DNA of 16,446 bases, from IMG/VR virus record IMGVR_UViG_2636415673_000002, one strand, 5' to 3'. Both the position numbers and the translations under genes were made by a program. This DNA comes from a virus. Its lineage: Duplodnaviria; Heunggongvirae; Uroviricota; Caudoviricetes. The notes beneath the pieces were generated by a model, which was not told the DNA's origin, did no database searches, and saw only the letters and a list, made by a program, of their open reading frames with translations. Positions within the stretch are counted from its first letter, which is position 1; every line of letters begins with the position of its first letter. This document shows, piece by piece, positions 16,099 through 16,446 of this stretch.

Positions 16099-16446
16099 AT
16101 GATACGAAAATCAAAAGAGATGGTCCGGACACCGGAGATCATTAACGACCTGGCTTTTCATGCATCGCAAGTTCTGATTGAAAGCATCAATCTCGACAGT
16201 TCATCGGCGGAAAATGTGGGCTTTGCCATTGCCGACCGAATGATGCGCAACTGGGGCGGGCAAAGCATTTATTTCCCAAAAGGGATCTCCGGACGGGCGT
16301 CGGAGCGTGACTACCAAATCTATAGCGAGTGCGATGGGCGCAACTACGCCGAATTAGCGAAGAAATATAATCTGACGCTGCAATGGATTTATAAGATAGT
16401 GAAACGCGTACATGCGGAAAAGCAACAGCGCCGCAGTAATTCGTAA
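16099..16446 (+). CDS. Mor/C-family transcriptional activator (phage Mu middle/late activator family)
   Basis: 115 aa. The C-terminal region (NWGGQSIYFPKGISGRASERDYQIYSECDGRNYAELAKKYNLTLQWIYKIVKR) matches the Mor family pattern as recalled from Mu Mor (GGQ.IY.P.G ... F.GRN..EL...Y..T...IYK). GGAG RBS 7 nt upstream. Divergent from the lysis/tail operon. Confidence 0.75.
   Translation: MIRKSKEMVRTPEIINDLAFHASQVLIESINLDSSSAENVGFAIADRMMRNWGGQSIYFPKGISGRASERDYQIYSECDGRNYAELAKKYNLTLQWIYKIVKRVHAEKQQRRSNS

Larger units (their letters stand above)
806..16446 (-). mobile_element. Phage-derived lysis plus P2-type contractile tail cluster with divergent Mor-family regulator (tailocin-like locus or headless prophage fragment)
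   Basis: Continuous co-oriented run of tail and lysis genes with overlapping or closely spaced start/stop codons. No capsid, portal or terminase ORFs between the lysis cassette and the sheath gene. Divergent Mor-like activator at the right edge. Confidence 0.6.

Noticed and set aside
1-16446. Search for CRISPR arrays, tRNA or rRNA genes, integrase or recombinase, and att-like direct repeats
   Set aside because: No regularly spaced short repeats, no tRNA-like cloverleaf candidates and no recombinase-like ORF were seen. The only tandem repeats are the coding 168-bp fiber repeats.

Overview
The window is almost entirely one phage-derived gene cluster on the minus strand (about 806-15562): a lysis cassette followed directly by a complete P2-type contractile tail module, with no capsid, portal or terminase genes between them. 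In transcription order (high to low coordinates): holin, signal-peptide lytic transglycosylase, Rz-like protein, two small tail-associated ORFs, sheath (FI-like), tube (FII-like), E-like chaperone, tape measure, gpU-like, gpX-like, gpD-like hub, gpV-like spike, gpW/J/I-like baseplate wedge, gpH-like tail fiber with tandem shaft repeats and a glycine-rich C-terminal tip, a tail-fiber-assembly-like protein, and a terminal YiiX/YaeF-like permuted papain-fold ORF. A divergent Mor/C-family activator gene (16099-16446, + strand) sits across a 535-bp AT-rich regulatory region that contains a near-consensus LexA (SOS) box. At the left end a convergent Pol-beta-type nucleotidyltransferase gene (1-792, +) is separated from the cluster by a bidirectional terminator hairpin. 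The layout (SOS-linked regulator, lysis, tail, fiber, no head genes in the expected place) fits an R-type tailocin or a headless prophage remnant, but sequence beyond the window is not visible. All family assignments come from reading the translated ORFs against remembered family hallmarks; no database search was run. No rRNA, tRNA, CRISPR array, integrase or att site was seen.
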